The position numbers and the translations under genes were made by a program. The notes under the pieces were generated by a model. The model worked only from the letters and a program-made list of their open reading frames with translations, ran no database searches and had not been told where the DNA came from. A stretch of DNA of 41,237 nt from Octopus bimaculoides (lineage: Eukaryota), in NCBI RefSeq assembly GCF_001194135.2, contig NC_068981.1, positions 41,648,327-41,689,563 on the forward strand. The letters run 5' to 3'. Below are positions 24,142 through 36,404 of the stretch, in pieces (position 1 is the first letter of the stretch; each line of letters starts with the position of its first letter).

Positions 24142-24446
24142 CCCAACAGGCAATGCCATGGTAGTTACTGCAGGGCTTTCGCAGAGGGCCAATGAAAGGA
24201 GAAGAATTGAAGCAAAAAGGTCAAGTATATGAAACCAGTGGTTGTGTGCTACTTGATAGGCTGGTAGGGCCTCATAATTTGAAGGATGGGTATCATATTT
24301 ATCATTATTTTCACCTTCTTGGAGATAAACAGCTGCTTCTTGATAGTTAAGGCACCACTTATATTTTGACGTCAAATGATTGTTTGAATCTGTGATAGAA
24401 TTGATATGTGACACAAGATCTCCTTCATAGTCACAGCCATCAACAT
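24142..24446 (-). CDS. TPCN1: Two-pore channel 1, first identified coding exon (N-terminus and S1 of domain I)
   Basis: Translates to ...[25 protein letters not shown]...AHNHWFHILDLFASILLLSLALCESPAV..., matching the TPC1 motif [25 protein letters not shown]. Acceptor tttctgccatttcag|AT (phase 1), donor GGG|gtgggt (phase 0). An in-frame TAA just upstream means an earlier exon is required. Confidence 0.93.
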
Positions 24447-24790
24447 CTGAAATGGCAGAAAGATAAACAAATTAATCATCCATACTCATACTTTTCTATA
24501 AAAGGAAAATCCATCTTGCTTTATTGCAAGGCTATTTCATAACTTTTGTTAAATAAATTATTTCCTAAGTTATTATTAGTAAAACTTACTTCTAAAACTA
24601 ATTCTTGCCACTGTATTCTATCTATCAAAGTGTTTCTTTTTCTTTTCTCGCTTTTTTTTTTTTTTTGACTATATTAATACAAACTTATCATCTAAAGAGA
24701 TTATCCTTAGTACAAAATTTTTGTTATACACTTTTACTCAATAAATCAAGAAGCATCCAGTATGTAGACTCTAATCTTAGTATCATATAT

Positions 24791-25650
24791 NNNNNNNNNN
24801 NNNNNNNNNNNNNNNNNNNNNNNNNNNNNNNNNNNNNNNNNNNNNNNNNNNNNNNNNNNNNNNNNNNNNNNNNNNNNNNNNNNNNNNNNNNNNNNNNNNN
24901 NNNNNNNNNNNNNNNNNNNNNNNNNNNNNNNNNNNNNNNNNNNNNNNNNNNNNNNNNNNNNNNNNNNNNNNNNNNNNNNNNNNNNNNNNNNNNNNNNNNN
25001 NNNNNNNNNNNNNNNNNNNNNNNNNNNNNNNNNNNNNNNNNNNNNNNNNNNNNNNNNNNNNNNNNNNNNNNNNNNNNNNNNNNNNNNNNNNNNNNNNNNN
25101 NNNNNNNNNNNNNNNNNNNNNNNNNNNNNNNNNNNNNNNNNNNNNNNNNNNNNNNNNNNNNNNNNNNNNNNNNNNNNNNNNNNNNNNNNNNNNNNNNNNN
25201 NNNNNNNNNNNNNNNNNNNNNNNNNNNNNNNNNNNNNNNNNNNNNNNNNNNNNNNNNNNNNNNNNNNNNNNNNNNNNNNNNNNNNNNNNNNNNNNNNNNN
25301 NNNNNNNNNNNNNNNNNNNNNNNNNNNNNNNNNNNNNNNNNNNNNNNNNNNNNNNNNNNNNNNNNNNNNNNNNNNNNNNNNNNNNNNNNNNNNNNNNNNN
25401 NNNNNNNNNNNNNNNNNNNNNNNNNNNNNNNNNNNNNNNNNNNNNNNNNNNNNNNNNNNNNNNNNNNNNNNNNNNNNNNNNNNNNNNNNNNNNNNNNNNN
25501 NNNNNNNNNNNNNNNNNNNNNNNNNNNNNNNNNNNNNNNNNNNNNNNNNNNNNNNNNNNNNNNNNNNNNNNNNNNNNNNNNNNNNNNNNNNNNNNNNNNN
25601 NNNNNNNNNNNNNNNNNNNNNNNNNNNNNNNNNNNNNNNNNNNNNNNNNT
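24791..25650. other. Assembly gap (860 N)
   Basis: N run flanked by (TA)n. Confidence 1.
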
Positions 25651-25814
25651 ATATATACATATCATCATCATCATTATTTAACATCCATCTTCCATGCATG
25701 CATGGGTAGGACAGTTGATAGGAGCCAGCCAGGTAGAAAAGCTACCCTATATGTATATAAAATATATATATATAATGCATGTGGGCATATGTGTATATGT
25801 AATATCATCACATT

Positions 25815-26197
25815 GTCTCAGGGAGGTGATGACAAGTGACCGAGACTTTTGGTGATTTGCTGTGCTTGAGAAGACTCATCAAGCTTAGTGAAATCATAGT
25901 CATGGCCAGTACCAGTGACACATGAAAGGCACTTGTGCTGGTGACATGTGGAAGACACCTGTGCCAGTGGCAGATGTGAGGTAACCATGCTAGTGACACA
26001 TAAAAGGCACCTGTGCCAGTCACACAAAAACGACACCAAGTACATTCTATGGAGTGGTTGGCATTAGGAAGGGCATCCAGACATAGAAATCAAGCCAAAA
26101 TGGAGTGGAGTTTGGTGCAGCTCTCCAGTTGACCTGTTCCAGTTAACTGTCTAACCCATGCCAGCATGGAAAATGGACACTAAATGATCATGATGAT
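25815..26197 (+). mobile_element. RTE LINE 3' end fragment
   Basis: gaggtgatgacaagtgaccgagactt...gtgcttgagaagac...gagtggttggcattaggaagggcatccag...ccatgccagcatggaaaatggacactaaatgatcatgatgat. Confidence 0.75.
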
Positions 26198-26355
26198 TTC
26201 AACATTAGATCACAAAATCAAATCTATATCAATAAAACAACAGTGAGCATATCTGACAGTTTGACCTTAACTTTCAAGAATAATTTGAGCTCAGTTTACC
26301 TACGACATCTTTTTCAATAGAGAGTGTGCACGTTTACTTAGATACCTCCTTTATA

Positions 26356-26470
26356 CAGGGTGTCCACAAAGTCTGGGTACATGGGGATTAAGAAACTATT
26401 ATTTCTTATATTTGATTGTTTATGTTATGATTTTATTTACTCCATGTACCCAGACCTTGTGGACACCCTG
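26356..26470. mobile_element. 115-bp Tc1/mariner-type MITE
   Basis: TA|CAGGGTGTCCACAAAGTCTGGGTACATGG ... CCATGTACCCAGACCTTGTGGACACCCTG|TA; 28/29 TIR match. Confidence 0.9.
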
Positions 26471-27539
26471 TAGAATGATACTTCCATTTTATTTTATTGT
26501 GCTTATATAGTGTGTAGAGGAGAAATTTGCCTTTTGTAAAACTGCAACATTTATATACCATATATGATATTCTGTCAGTACTGAAACTTATTTTTTCTTT
26601 ATGGATAATAGTTTTCTTCTTCCTGGAGAAAATTTCTTTTGTATGAATATTATTTTTTCTGTCTTAAGGTAACTTTTTGTTTATAGCACTTATGACTCTA
26701 GCATACATGGGAGATAATTCCTACATTATGGAGAAAGAAAGAACCATTAGAAAGGAAACAATGACAGGAAAGAGACAGAGATAACAACAACAAACAAAAG
26801 GGCGAAAAATAAACAAAGGGGAAAAAGTAGAATGGGATAAATGAAGAGAAGGTAATTCAAAAATCCCTCAGCGGACAAACATAATTGAAAAAAGTATATA
26901 ATATTGCAATTAAATAGTTCATAAAGCCTTACAATGGAACAAGAATTCCAATGACTTGTTGATATGAACACATCATTATACTAAGAATTTAAATGAGAAC
27001 TTCTGAAGTCACTCTACTATTCACTCTTTCCTAATTATAAATTCTAGTTCAAGTGACTGTTGCATTGAAAAAAAAAACAATAAATTTAATTGTCAGTCAT
27101 TGAGTAAAATATGTCTGTTTCCTTATGACTAATATGCACATAGACAATAATATGTTGCACCATCAAGAACTACACAGGCTGCAGCTAGTTTAGTGAGAAT
27201 TTTGACAGAAGGTATCAACATTGTGTATACTTAGAACTTTTTTCTGAACTTTTATATCACTTGGATATTTAATTCAGATAAATTTACAAGTAAATGTTTT
27301 AATACTTTTTTTTCTTTTTTATCCTACTTTTGTATTCTATGTTTTGCCATCTAGGCAGTTAAAAGAGAAGTGAAAATTTTTAATAAGGAAAGTCCTTGTG
27401 CTGACCAGCTGGCTAAAACTTTATTTAACTTTTAAAAGAAAACAGTATGGATACAAAAGGCTACCATGGGGGAAAGTGATGACAATGACTGCAACATGAA
27501 TAACAAGAATAATGGCTAATAAGCATAAATTAAAATGTT

Positions 27540-28780
27540 GAATAAATTTACAGATTACATTCTATTCATTAAATTTAGTTGAAAATGCACTGATGCATAT
27601 TGTCAAGAAACATTAATTTTCTTTGGATTGGTACACACTGTTCATATTTCCACTTATCAGGGGCTCTCCTTTTCACAGTTTTATCTGAGGGTATTCCTCA
27701 TTTTCCTATTGTGAAAAGAATGTTAGATAACAAGGGATTAGCTAATGCAACTAAAGGACTTTTACACAGTTTTTCTGCAATAAGTTTTGGATTGCTTTTT
27801 AAATAATAATGATCAGAAAAGAGAATGTCAAAAACAAGCTCATAGACAACCTTTCAATCATGAAGTTAGAAACAGGAATAATGATCAAATTGTGGAGTCA
27901 AGTATTATAATGTTTCCAAAATACTGGGTTCTTAGCAATCTTCTGGCTAAGATTTGATGACAGCTCATGCACTGTGTGAGTCACCACATGGATATTTTCA
28001 AGCATTGCAGTCTTTTTTTTTTTTTCCAGACACTGAGCAAATAAGCAAGGAACTGACTGAATGTAAAGATTATCAACAACAAACTTGAAGAAAATATAAT
28101 GAAAACACATAATGGCTTTATTTTTTTAGGGGATCCAGTATTTTTATCCACTTGTTAAATCTCAGATGCTTTATTAGAAGTTTAAAAGCCAAACATTTCC
28201 ATCCTTTATCGATGGACCGTTTTCTGTTGTATCAAAATACCAGAAAGTTTATCAAAATGTGAATTAGTATATTTGGATCAGTTTATCAGTTCAAGTTATT
28301 ATTCCCTGAAGAGAATTGTAAAGAGATCATCAAATCTTGTGAAATTAAATCCGGAAGTAATAAATCATTATTTGCACAGTGAACAGCAAGAATGGAAATG
28401 ATGATTTCCAGCAGATTTGAACACAAATATGTAAATCATGAATCTGTAAGATCTTGAAGAAAGTTTCAGTGAAGGAGCTGGGCAGTTTACAAAACTGCAT
28501 AAAATGATATTGCATTAAACAAGATAAGTGGCATTTCCTTGGAGTCTTGTTTTATAAACATAGTTAATGCCTTATACATCTATTTGTCACCCAACTGCAG
28601 TAGATAATACTCATTTCCAAGGTAAAAAAAATGATTAAAAATGAACTAAAGAGTACCATGACTCCAAACAGATTGACCAATTCCAGTGAAATGAACTTCT
28701 GTGTGAAATAGACATTTAAGGTATCATCAACACATCTGTTTATGTTAATTATGCAACTTTAAATTGTACTTTACTCTGCA
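27540..28780 (+). mobile_element. Highly degraded hAT transposase relic (ZMYM1-like)
   Basis: Broken frames VKRMLDNKGLANATKGL (cf. VK.LS.TRWSAR.DA.KAL) and ...ESCFINIVNALYIY..VT..CS...SF.KVK(M)IKNELKSTMTPNRLTN (cf. hAT dimerisation motif VTNCS.ERSFSKLK.IKN.LRSTM...RL). Manual alignment only. Confidence 0.5.
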
Positions 28781-30742
28781 AATAAAAGATTTATGTATTT
28801 ATGTATATTTTGAAGTTAGGACTCCTTTGTAATATATGCTATGGTTCTGTGCTACCTTAATCCATCCTAACACCAAGTAGTTCCATATGATTCTAGCTGC
28901 TTCAAAGTAAACATTTTCTGCTTATTCAACACTTGGATGAATCTCACATCATCTCATCACATGTCATTTAACACCCACAAAAACAGAGAAAAGCTACTAA
29001 TCTTTATTGTTGTCAATGTCTTCCTATCAACAACACATTACAGTATGGAAAAGGTACATTTCATCATGCCTCTGGAACTAGAGAGCTTGTCTGCAACAAT
29101 CTAAAGAATCCCCTTCACCCTGTATCAGTTTTTATTCAGAATTACTACATCCTCAGATAAGATGTCTGTGGAGTTCATGTCTGTTCAATTCAGTTTTTTT
29201 TTATTTGTATGCTTAGGATGAGGGGAAGAATTTTTTCATAATTTTAAAATAACACTTTAATCTTTTTGTATGTCATAGAATAGTCAGTCCTCTCTTCTCA
29301 AGAAGAATAAAAAAGAAATTAAACAAAAAAAACATACAGAATGGGTGTTCTTATTTCAAGGAAAACTCATCCAAAGTTAAACATTTAAGCTGTTAAGTGA
29401 CAGAAAAGTATTTGCTAAAAGCTTTATCTGTTGACTCATTAATTAGTGAAAGAAGTCAAGCTTAATTATTATGAAAATAGAAAATAAGAAAAAGAAAGAT
29501 GATAAATAGTAAATAACGTTCGCTTCTTTTTTTCTCTCAAACACAGACATAAGCAAATGTTCATTTAAAGGAAACAACATTAGAATACTGAAGTAAATAT
29601 TTTCACACTATTTTCAATCTCTTCTTAAAATATTGATTTCTTAGGATTAAGGGTTATTTTTGAAATGGATAATGAAAATAATTACTTTAACCAATCCAAG
29701 TATTTTACAGGTATTATTTTCAAACAAGACAGTACAATGTTGATGGCAAAGCTTCTTAACTAACCTCTGCTCCTACTTCACTAGAGGAGGATGTATGATG
29801 TTGAAAGACACGAAACACCTTATGATACCAGGCACATCACTGAAGATGTGTCCAGATGCATTAGTCATTGATGTATGCACACAATGTAATAGTTCTTAGT
29901 AAAAATTATGTTTTCTTACATTGGCACACAGCCACACATTGACTACTAATTGTTTTATCAATTCTGAAGAAATAATAGGTAAAGACAATTTGGCAACATT
30001 GGAACACAAGCAAATAGCTAAATATTCATACTGCCAGCCACCCCTTCTTCATAATAATAATAATGATGATGATATAGATTGCAAATTTTATGGGGGAATA
30101 TAATTGATTATATCATCTTCAGTCCTTAACCAGTATCTATTTTATCCAGAAGGATAAACGGTAAAATTGAATGTAGTAGGATTTGAACTTAGAATATAAA
30201 GAGATACATTACAAAGCAAATAACAATGATTTAGAAGAAGCTATAATCTTTAATTCCGAGAAGTTTAGCTGCAAGAAATAACCTAATTCTTTTGTCAATT
30301 TAATCCTAATCCTCCCTAGTAAAGTGTAATAATATGTTGACAACAACAAAATAATACTCAGGTCTTTCAATTTCAATAGAGTAAGTTTTCATTAAGATAA
30401 CTTGAAGGCAGGTGTGAAATGTGAAATGTTAATGTATTCCTAAATTTTCAAAATATATGTTAGAGCATTTCCATTTGGTCATAATGTAAATATTTTTTTA
30501 TATACTAGACATTCAAGGATAATAGTAATATATAATCACTTAATATCCTAAATTGAAGCTATATTATGTGAATAACTTCTTCCTATAAATGCTATAATCT
30601 CAATTTATCAACATTATCATAACAGCTAATATCCTTCACAAAACATATCTTACATATTTAACTTTTTCCATTTTCACCAGGTCTAAAACTATTTTCTCTT
30701 CTAAGTTAATAATAGTCTAGAATCAATCTACTTTATATCATG

Positions 30743-30952
30743 TTGACTCTTCAGCATTCAGATAACTGTCAAAAGTAATAGTTATAAATTCATAGTGTTT
30801 TGAATTAATCATGCATTATCTTGTAACTTTGAGATTTTAATGATGCAATTGTTTATTTTTAGAATGACATGCGAAAGACTGGATCTGGGCAGTTTGAATA
30901 TAAAACAATATATTTAGACTCAATATGACTAATTTAAACGCTAAAAGGTTAA
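30743..30952. mobile_element. TTAA-ended MITE (piggyBac-like), degraded
   Basis: ttgactcttcagcattcaga ... tttaaacgctaaaaggttaa are degenerate inverted ends. The interior ttttgaattaatcatgcattatc matches an abundant octopus repeat as I recall it. Confidence 0.5.
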
Positions 30953-31109
30953 GTTATCTATTGCTGATATCCAATCGCTAACTTACAATTCTCAATTTAT
31001 ATTCCAGTGGTTCTCACTCAGTGCTTCACTCAGCCCCATAGTATTTTCAACAGGCCCCAATCTCATTCCAACTATTAGACTGCAAGATACGATATGGGTA
31101 ATATTTGTT

Positions 31110-31280
31110 TCTAGTTTAGGTACAAAGCTAGCAATTTTGAAGAGAGGGATGGTTGATTACACTGATCCCAGATCAAGACTGATACTTTAGTTTATCACCT
31201 TTAAAGGGATGAAAAGCAAAATTGACTTCAATGGGATTTAAATTCAGTATGCAAAGAGACAGAACAAATACCACAAGGTT
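31110..31280 (-). mobile_element. Degraded family-1 SINE fragment
   Basis: gggatgaaaagcaaaattgacttc...gatttaaattcag is the reverse complement of the family-1 core. Similar remnants at about 7190, 19420, 22830 and 30090. Confidence 0.5.
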
Positions 31281-32521
31281 TTTATACTATAACTTCATAC
31301 TTTGTAACCATTAGTCTAGTCAATATTACATACCATCTCATTAGTGAAATTTAACATATTGAGATCTGACCTTGATACTTCTCAAACCTTATTTCAACTT
31401 CCTCTGCATGGATACCCTTCACTGACACCACATCCAATTTTACTTTCTATCTTTATCAGAATATTATCACATTTCTCTTGCTGATATCACCTGATACTTT
31501 AAAAGCACAGCTGCCCTCAGGTCACTTGTACTATGTTTTTTATATAGGTTAATATTCAATATAACACGTTTACCATATTTAGATTCAGTCACCACTGATT
31601 TCCAACATTTAATGCTCATTAAGAAAATCTAAATATGCTAAATCTTACTTGCTACATATGCTTCATGTAATCTGCCTTTTACACAGATAAACCCTTTATT
31701 TTCAAACAGGCAATAACTCCCTGAACTTCATCCAGACCTTCTTTACTCTAGCTACATTGTTTTCATTACAGTCACCTCCAGCACTAATTAGATAACCTAG
31801 AGGAGAGAAACTATCAGCATTTAGCTAACCATCAAAGTAGTTAACGAACTTTATTTCAGGTGTACTTTTACTGCTATCTACTCCAATTCATCCAACAAAT
31901 CTGAAACCCTGTTACTCTGCTAAACTTAGGAATCCCAGGACATCTTTTATGCATGCATTATTTGCACTTTTTGAGGAGAGAGTATTAAGTTATTTTCTCT
32001 GTTTCTACATATTGTGCAAGACCACTTCAAAGATGAAACAATGTATTGTTCTCTCCATAACTAACAAACACTTTAATCTTTACAGCAAAGACTTTTAGGC
32101 CCTTAAACTTTAGACTATTCTTCCAAATTTGGAATGCTTTTGAAACTCAAAAAATTCTGTTGTAAGAACAGATTATCAATATGGAGCAAAGCAAACCAAT
32201 CCTGTATTTTAGCCTCAGTAACTTAATAAATAGAAGCAAGAAAATGTTGGTTTTGATGTCATTTGTAAGATAACTGCAATGATTATAGTTAATCTCTATA
32301 ATGACTAGAATGTAATCTCAAAAATATAAACATTCTTTTAATGTCCACTTTTCTATACTGACATGGATCAGACGGAACTTACTGAGGCAGATTTTTCTGC
32401 AGCTGGATGTCCCTTTTATCACCTGTTTCCAAGTAAGGTAATATTCTTTACAACTATCATGCAAATTCAAGACAAGGAGATAGTAACACACACACTCATA
32501 CATATGTGTATATTCTTATAT

Positions 32522-32781
32522 NNNNNNNNNNNNNNNNNNNNNNNNNNNNNNNNNNNNNNNNNNNNNNNNNNNNNNNNNNNNNNNNNNNNNNNNNNNNNNN
32601 NNNNNNNNNNNNNNNNNNNNNNNNNNNNNNNNNNNNNNNNNNNNNNNNNNNNNNNNNNNNNNNNNNNNNNNNNNNNNNNNNNNNNNNNNNNNNNNNNNNN
32701 NNNNNNNNNNNNNNNNNNNNNNNNNNNNNNNNNNNNNNNNNNNNNNNNNNNNNNNNNNNNNNNNNNNNNNNNNNNNNNNNN
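32522..32781. other. Assembly gap (260 N)
   Basis: N run. Confidence 1.
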
Positions 32782-32851
32782 TATATCATCAGTGGATCAT
32801 ATATCTGAGAAAGAAGCACACTCCAAAGGATAGACCAATAATGCATTTACA

Positions 32852-33038
32852 TGCAGTTGAATATATGTCTGGTCATAAAGTGACCAATGGTTTCACATCC
32901 ATAAACCCCTTAGCTTTATAGATGACTCATCAGACTCTAATGGTGGAAGGCATAGTCTGATGAGTCATCTATAAAGCTAAGGGGTTTATGGATGTGAAAC
33001 CATTGGTCACTCTATGACCAAACATATATTTAACTACA
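32852..33038. repeat. Long inverted repeat: 85-bp arms, 17-nt loop
   Basis: 32852-32936 pairs with 32954-33038 at 81/85; the inner 58 bp are perfect. Confidence 0.97.
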
Positions 33039-34013
33039 GAAAACAGATTCTGTCACATACCAGGGGGAAAAACTAGAAGTAGATGATAGCTTCTGCTACC
33101 TAGGCAACCAAGTCTGTAGTGGGGATGGATGCTCTGAGAGTGTGGCTGCTAGAATAAGAATAGCATGGGCAAAGTTCAGAGAGCTCCTACCTCTTCTAGC
33201 AACTAAGGGCTTCTCACTCAGGGTGAAAGGCAGACTGTACGATGTATGTGTGCGAACTGCCATGCTACACAGCAGTGAAACATGGACCATGATTGCTAAG
33301 GACATGCGTAGGCTTGAAAGAAATGAAGCTAGTATGATCTGTTGGATGTGTAATATCAGTGTGCATACACAACAGAGTGTAAGCACTCTGAGAGAAAAGT
33401 TGGACTTAAGAAGCAGTGTGCAAGAGAGATGACTGCGCTGGTATGGTCATGTGTTACATATGAATGAGGACAGCTGCATGAGGAAGTGACACACCCTAAC
33501 AGTGGGCAAAACCTGGGGAAGAGGTAGGCCCAGGAAGACATAGGATGAGGTGGTGAAGCATGACCTTCAAACGTTGAGCCTCACAGAGGCAATGACAAGA
33601 GACCAAGACCTTTGGAGATATGCTGTGATTGAGAAGACCTAGCAAGTAAAGTGAGATCGCAGCCATAGCCAATACCAGTGTTGCATGTCTGGCCCATTTA
33701 AAAGTACCCTTGAAGAATCAGGCCTTATAATATGCTTGAGAATACCTGTTGAGTCAAGTAAAATCAAAATCGTAACCAAGGCCAGTGCCGCCTGGCTGGC
33801 TTCCATGCAGGTGGCATGTAAAAAGCACCATCTGAACATGGTCAATGCCAGTGCCCCCTGCCTGGCTCCCATGCTAGAGGAACGTAAAAAGCACAATCCA
33901 AACATGGTGGATGCCAGTGCCCCCTGACTGGCTCCTGTGCCGGTGGCATGTAAGATGCACCATCTGAACGTGGTCGATGCCAGTGTCCCCTGACTGACTC
34001 CCATGCCGATGGC
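33035..34013 (+). mobile_element. 5'-truncated RTE-clade LINE (ORF2 C-terminus plus 3' UTR), runs into gap
   Basis: EKLEVDDSFCYLG...AARIRIAWAKFRELLPLLATKGFSLRVKGRLYDVCVRTAMLHSSETW...LERNEASM..WMC...RWYGHV...GRGRPRKT. Premature stops present. Confidence 0.88.
33781..34013 (+). repeat. 66-bp tandem repeat (at least 3.5 copies) in the RTE 3' UTR
   Basis: gccagtg unit starts at 33781, 33847, 33913 and 33979; the array is cut by the gap. Confidence 0.9.
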
Positions 34014-34250
34014 NNNNNNNNNNNNNNNNNNNNNNNNNNNNNNNNNNNNNNNNNNNNNNNNNNNNNNNNNNNNNNNNNNNNNNNNNNNNNNNNNNNNNNN
34101 NNNNNNNNNNNNNNNNNNNNNNNNNNNNNNNNNNNNNNNNNNNNNNNNNNNNNNNNNNNNNNNNNNNNNNNNNNNNNNNNNNNNNNNNNNNNNNNNNNNN
34201 NNNNNNNNNNNNNNNNNNNNNNNNNNNNNNNNNNNNNNNNNNNNNNNNNN
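34014..34250. other. Assembly gap (237 N)
   Basis: N run. Confidence 1.
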
Positions 34251-34262
34251 ATATATATATAT

Positions 34263-34428
34263 ATGATGGGTTTCAATTTCTGTTTACCAAATCTACTCAC
34301 AATACTTTGGTCAGTCAGCCCAGGACTATAGTAGAAGATACTTGCTCAAAGTGCTACACAGTGGGACTGAACTCAAAATCATGAGGTTGGGAAGTAAACT
34401 TCTTACAACACAATCACCCTTGCACCTA
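34263..34428 (-). mobile_element. Family-2 SINE head
   Basis: Reverse complement taggtgcaagggtgattgtgttgtaagaagtttacttccc...ttcagtcccactgtgtagcactttgagcaagtatcttctactatag. Confidence 0.65.
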
Positions 34429-36404
34429 AACAAACTCACACACACACCATTTGTATAAAGCAAAACACTTAAGTGAAAGTTACTCATCAGTAGGGAAAGC
34501 ATAGTGTTGTTAAACTGTTTCTATGATGCCTAGTAGTAGTGTGTGTCTTGGTGATGTTAATAAAGACTAGGTTGTCATTCTTGAACTAGTAAAGGTTTCC
34601 CTGGCCTCAGTTCATGGAAGAAATGAAATACACACGTGTACAAAAAAGCTTATCAACGAGTGATGAGTGGCATGACCTGCATAACAGTGTGTACCAATAT
34701 AAATAATAGGGGAAAAGTTATTAATTTTTAACAAATCAATTTTAAAACTCAAAAACCTAGTCCCATAATCATTCTGTTACAGAACAGATGAATGATAAAG
34801 ATTAAAATTTTCTCCCTTACATTTGAGAATTCTTCAAGTCCTTCAAAATGAATGTAAACAAGGTTAGTACGATTTTTGTGATATTGTGCATTCCAAGATT
34901 GGCTGGCTAATACAGTACTGTGCAGTGCAGGAAGTTGAGAGAAGTTAATATAGAGAAGAAAAAAGCATAGAAGGTATAACTGAGCCCTGAAACCGGCCAG
35001 ACTTCATAGAACATAAATAGAAATACTCCTGCCAACATTTTGATGAAGCGGTCTGACAGAAAATTTTCAGTCCAAGTGAGCTCAGAGAAATAAAGCTCAC
35101 AAAGTTACTAGAAGGTCCTCACATCGGACAATAGACAATGGATTTGCTGATGTTGATAGTAACAATTTCAACAAAATCTTCAAAATTGAGAGATCACTTG
35201 TGATGGATATCCTAAGAGTGTGTGAATATACTCAACCATTAAACGCAAAACTATATATGACCTAACTGTGATTGTTATTGTACTAAACAATATGTATGGA
35301 CAATTATGAATACACATTGAGATAAAAATAACATTTGTAAATGACACTGTGAAACTTTGACAAATGTAAAAATTATATTTTTTCCATGAACAGAAAATGC
35401 CCCTTTTTTTGTTTATGAAAGAGTTAATTACTATAATCTATTGATATTTATTAAAGTCTCACAATGTCAGTTACAAATATTATGCTTACCTTAATGCATA
35501 TTTATCACCTGATTCTGGCTCCCATTCTTATATCATGAATAATGAACATTTTTACCTTTTGTTAAACTGTGTTTCAGCATAGTGGTTTAGTAAGTTGTAT
35601 AGCCTGTTAAGCTGTTCAGGTGTCCAGTCAAGTGTGCCAATAACATCAGGCTATTACACAGTTCTATTTACTTGGTGACATTAGGTTAATTACCCATAAT
35701 TCATATTATTTATCAAAATCTATGTAGAATAATTAAACATTTAGTATTTGACTATTATTTACACTAGTAAGAAATGAAGAAGTTATATGATTATTAAAAT
35801 TGTTTATTTGGAATTAATTACAATCAAAGCTCAACATTTGAATTTTAGCAACCTTAATGTAAGCTTTCGGGCAGTGATGGATAGAAATGGTAAAATACTA
35901 GATTAAATGTCTAACACTATTTGGTTTCATTTCAATTATTTAAATTGTGAGTTCAAATTTTAGTAAAATTGATGATACTATTATACCAAGCGAAATGACC
36001 AGCTAAGCTAAAAAATTTCTGTAGTCTTAACCACTCATTATTCATTCATCTAACTCGTAATACTAACATGCTGTACTTTGATTTAAAATAACTTATAATG
36101 GAATGGAAGGTTTATGATACCTGTGGAGTATCTCCTTTTCCCATCATAATTATTTTTGTAGTTTCAAGGATCTGGAACACGAAGAAGTTCACAAGCAGAG
36201 TACAGTTCAATAGCTGTTAATTTACAGAGTTCTCATTCATGTGGTTCAGAGACCATCTTTGTGGCAGCACATGGTTTGTTCTAGCTCGATACAGGTGAGG
36301 TTCATTACCTCTGGAGATAAGCATGTGGAGTTAGAGTGGGACAAGGGTCCGCTGTGACTGCTGGCTTTACAGTGTTACTCAGTGCAAGCACGAGAAGGAA
36401 TGAG

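Noticed and set aside
24605-25699. Long ORFs of 316-358 aa (also 32363-32846 and 33842-34300)
   Set aside because: They are open only because they span N gaps.
26747-26971. Hydrophobic minus-strand ORF as an upstream TPC1 exon
   Set aside because: Low-complexity reverse complement of an A/G-rich tract. The nearby gtaagg donor gives phase 0 or 2, not the required phase 1.
29054-29190. MNSTDILSEDVVIL as TPC1 N-terminus (resembles human DDDVPLIL)
   Set aside because: The frame hits a stop and no phase-1 GT donor precedes it.
33781-34013. CRISPR-like repeat array
   Set aside because: Contiguous diverged 66-bp units with no unique spacers, inside a eukaryotic LINE UTR.
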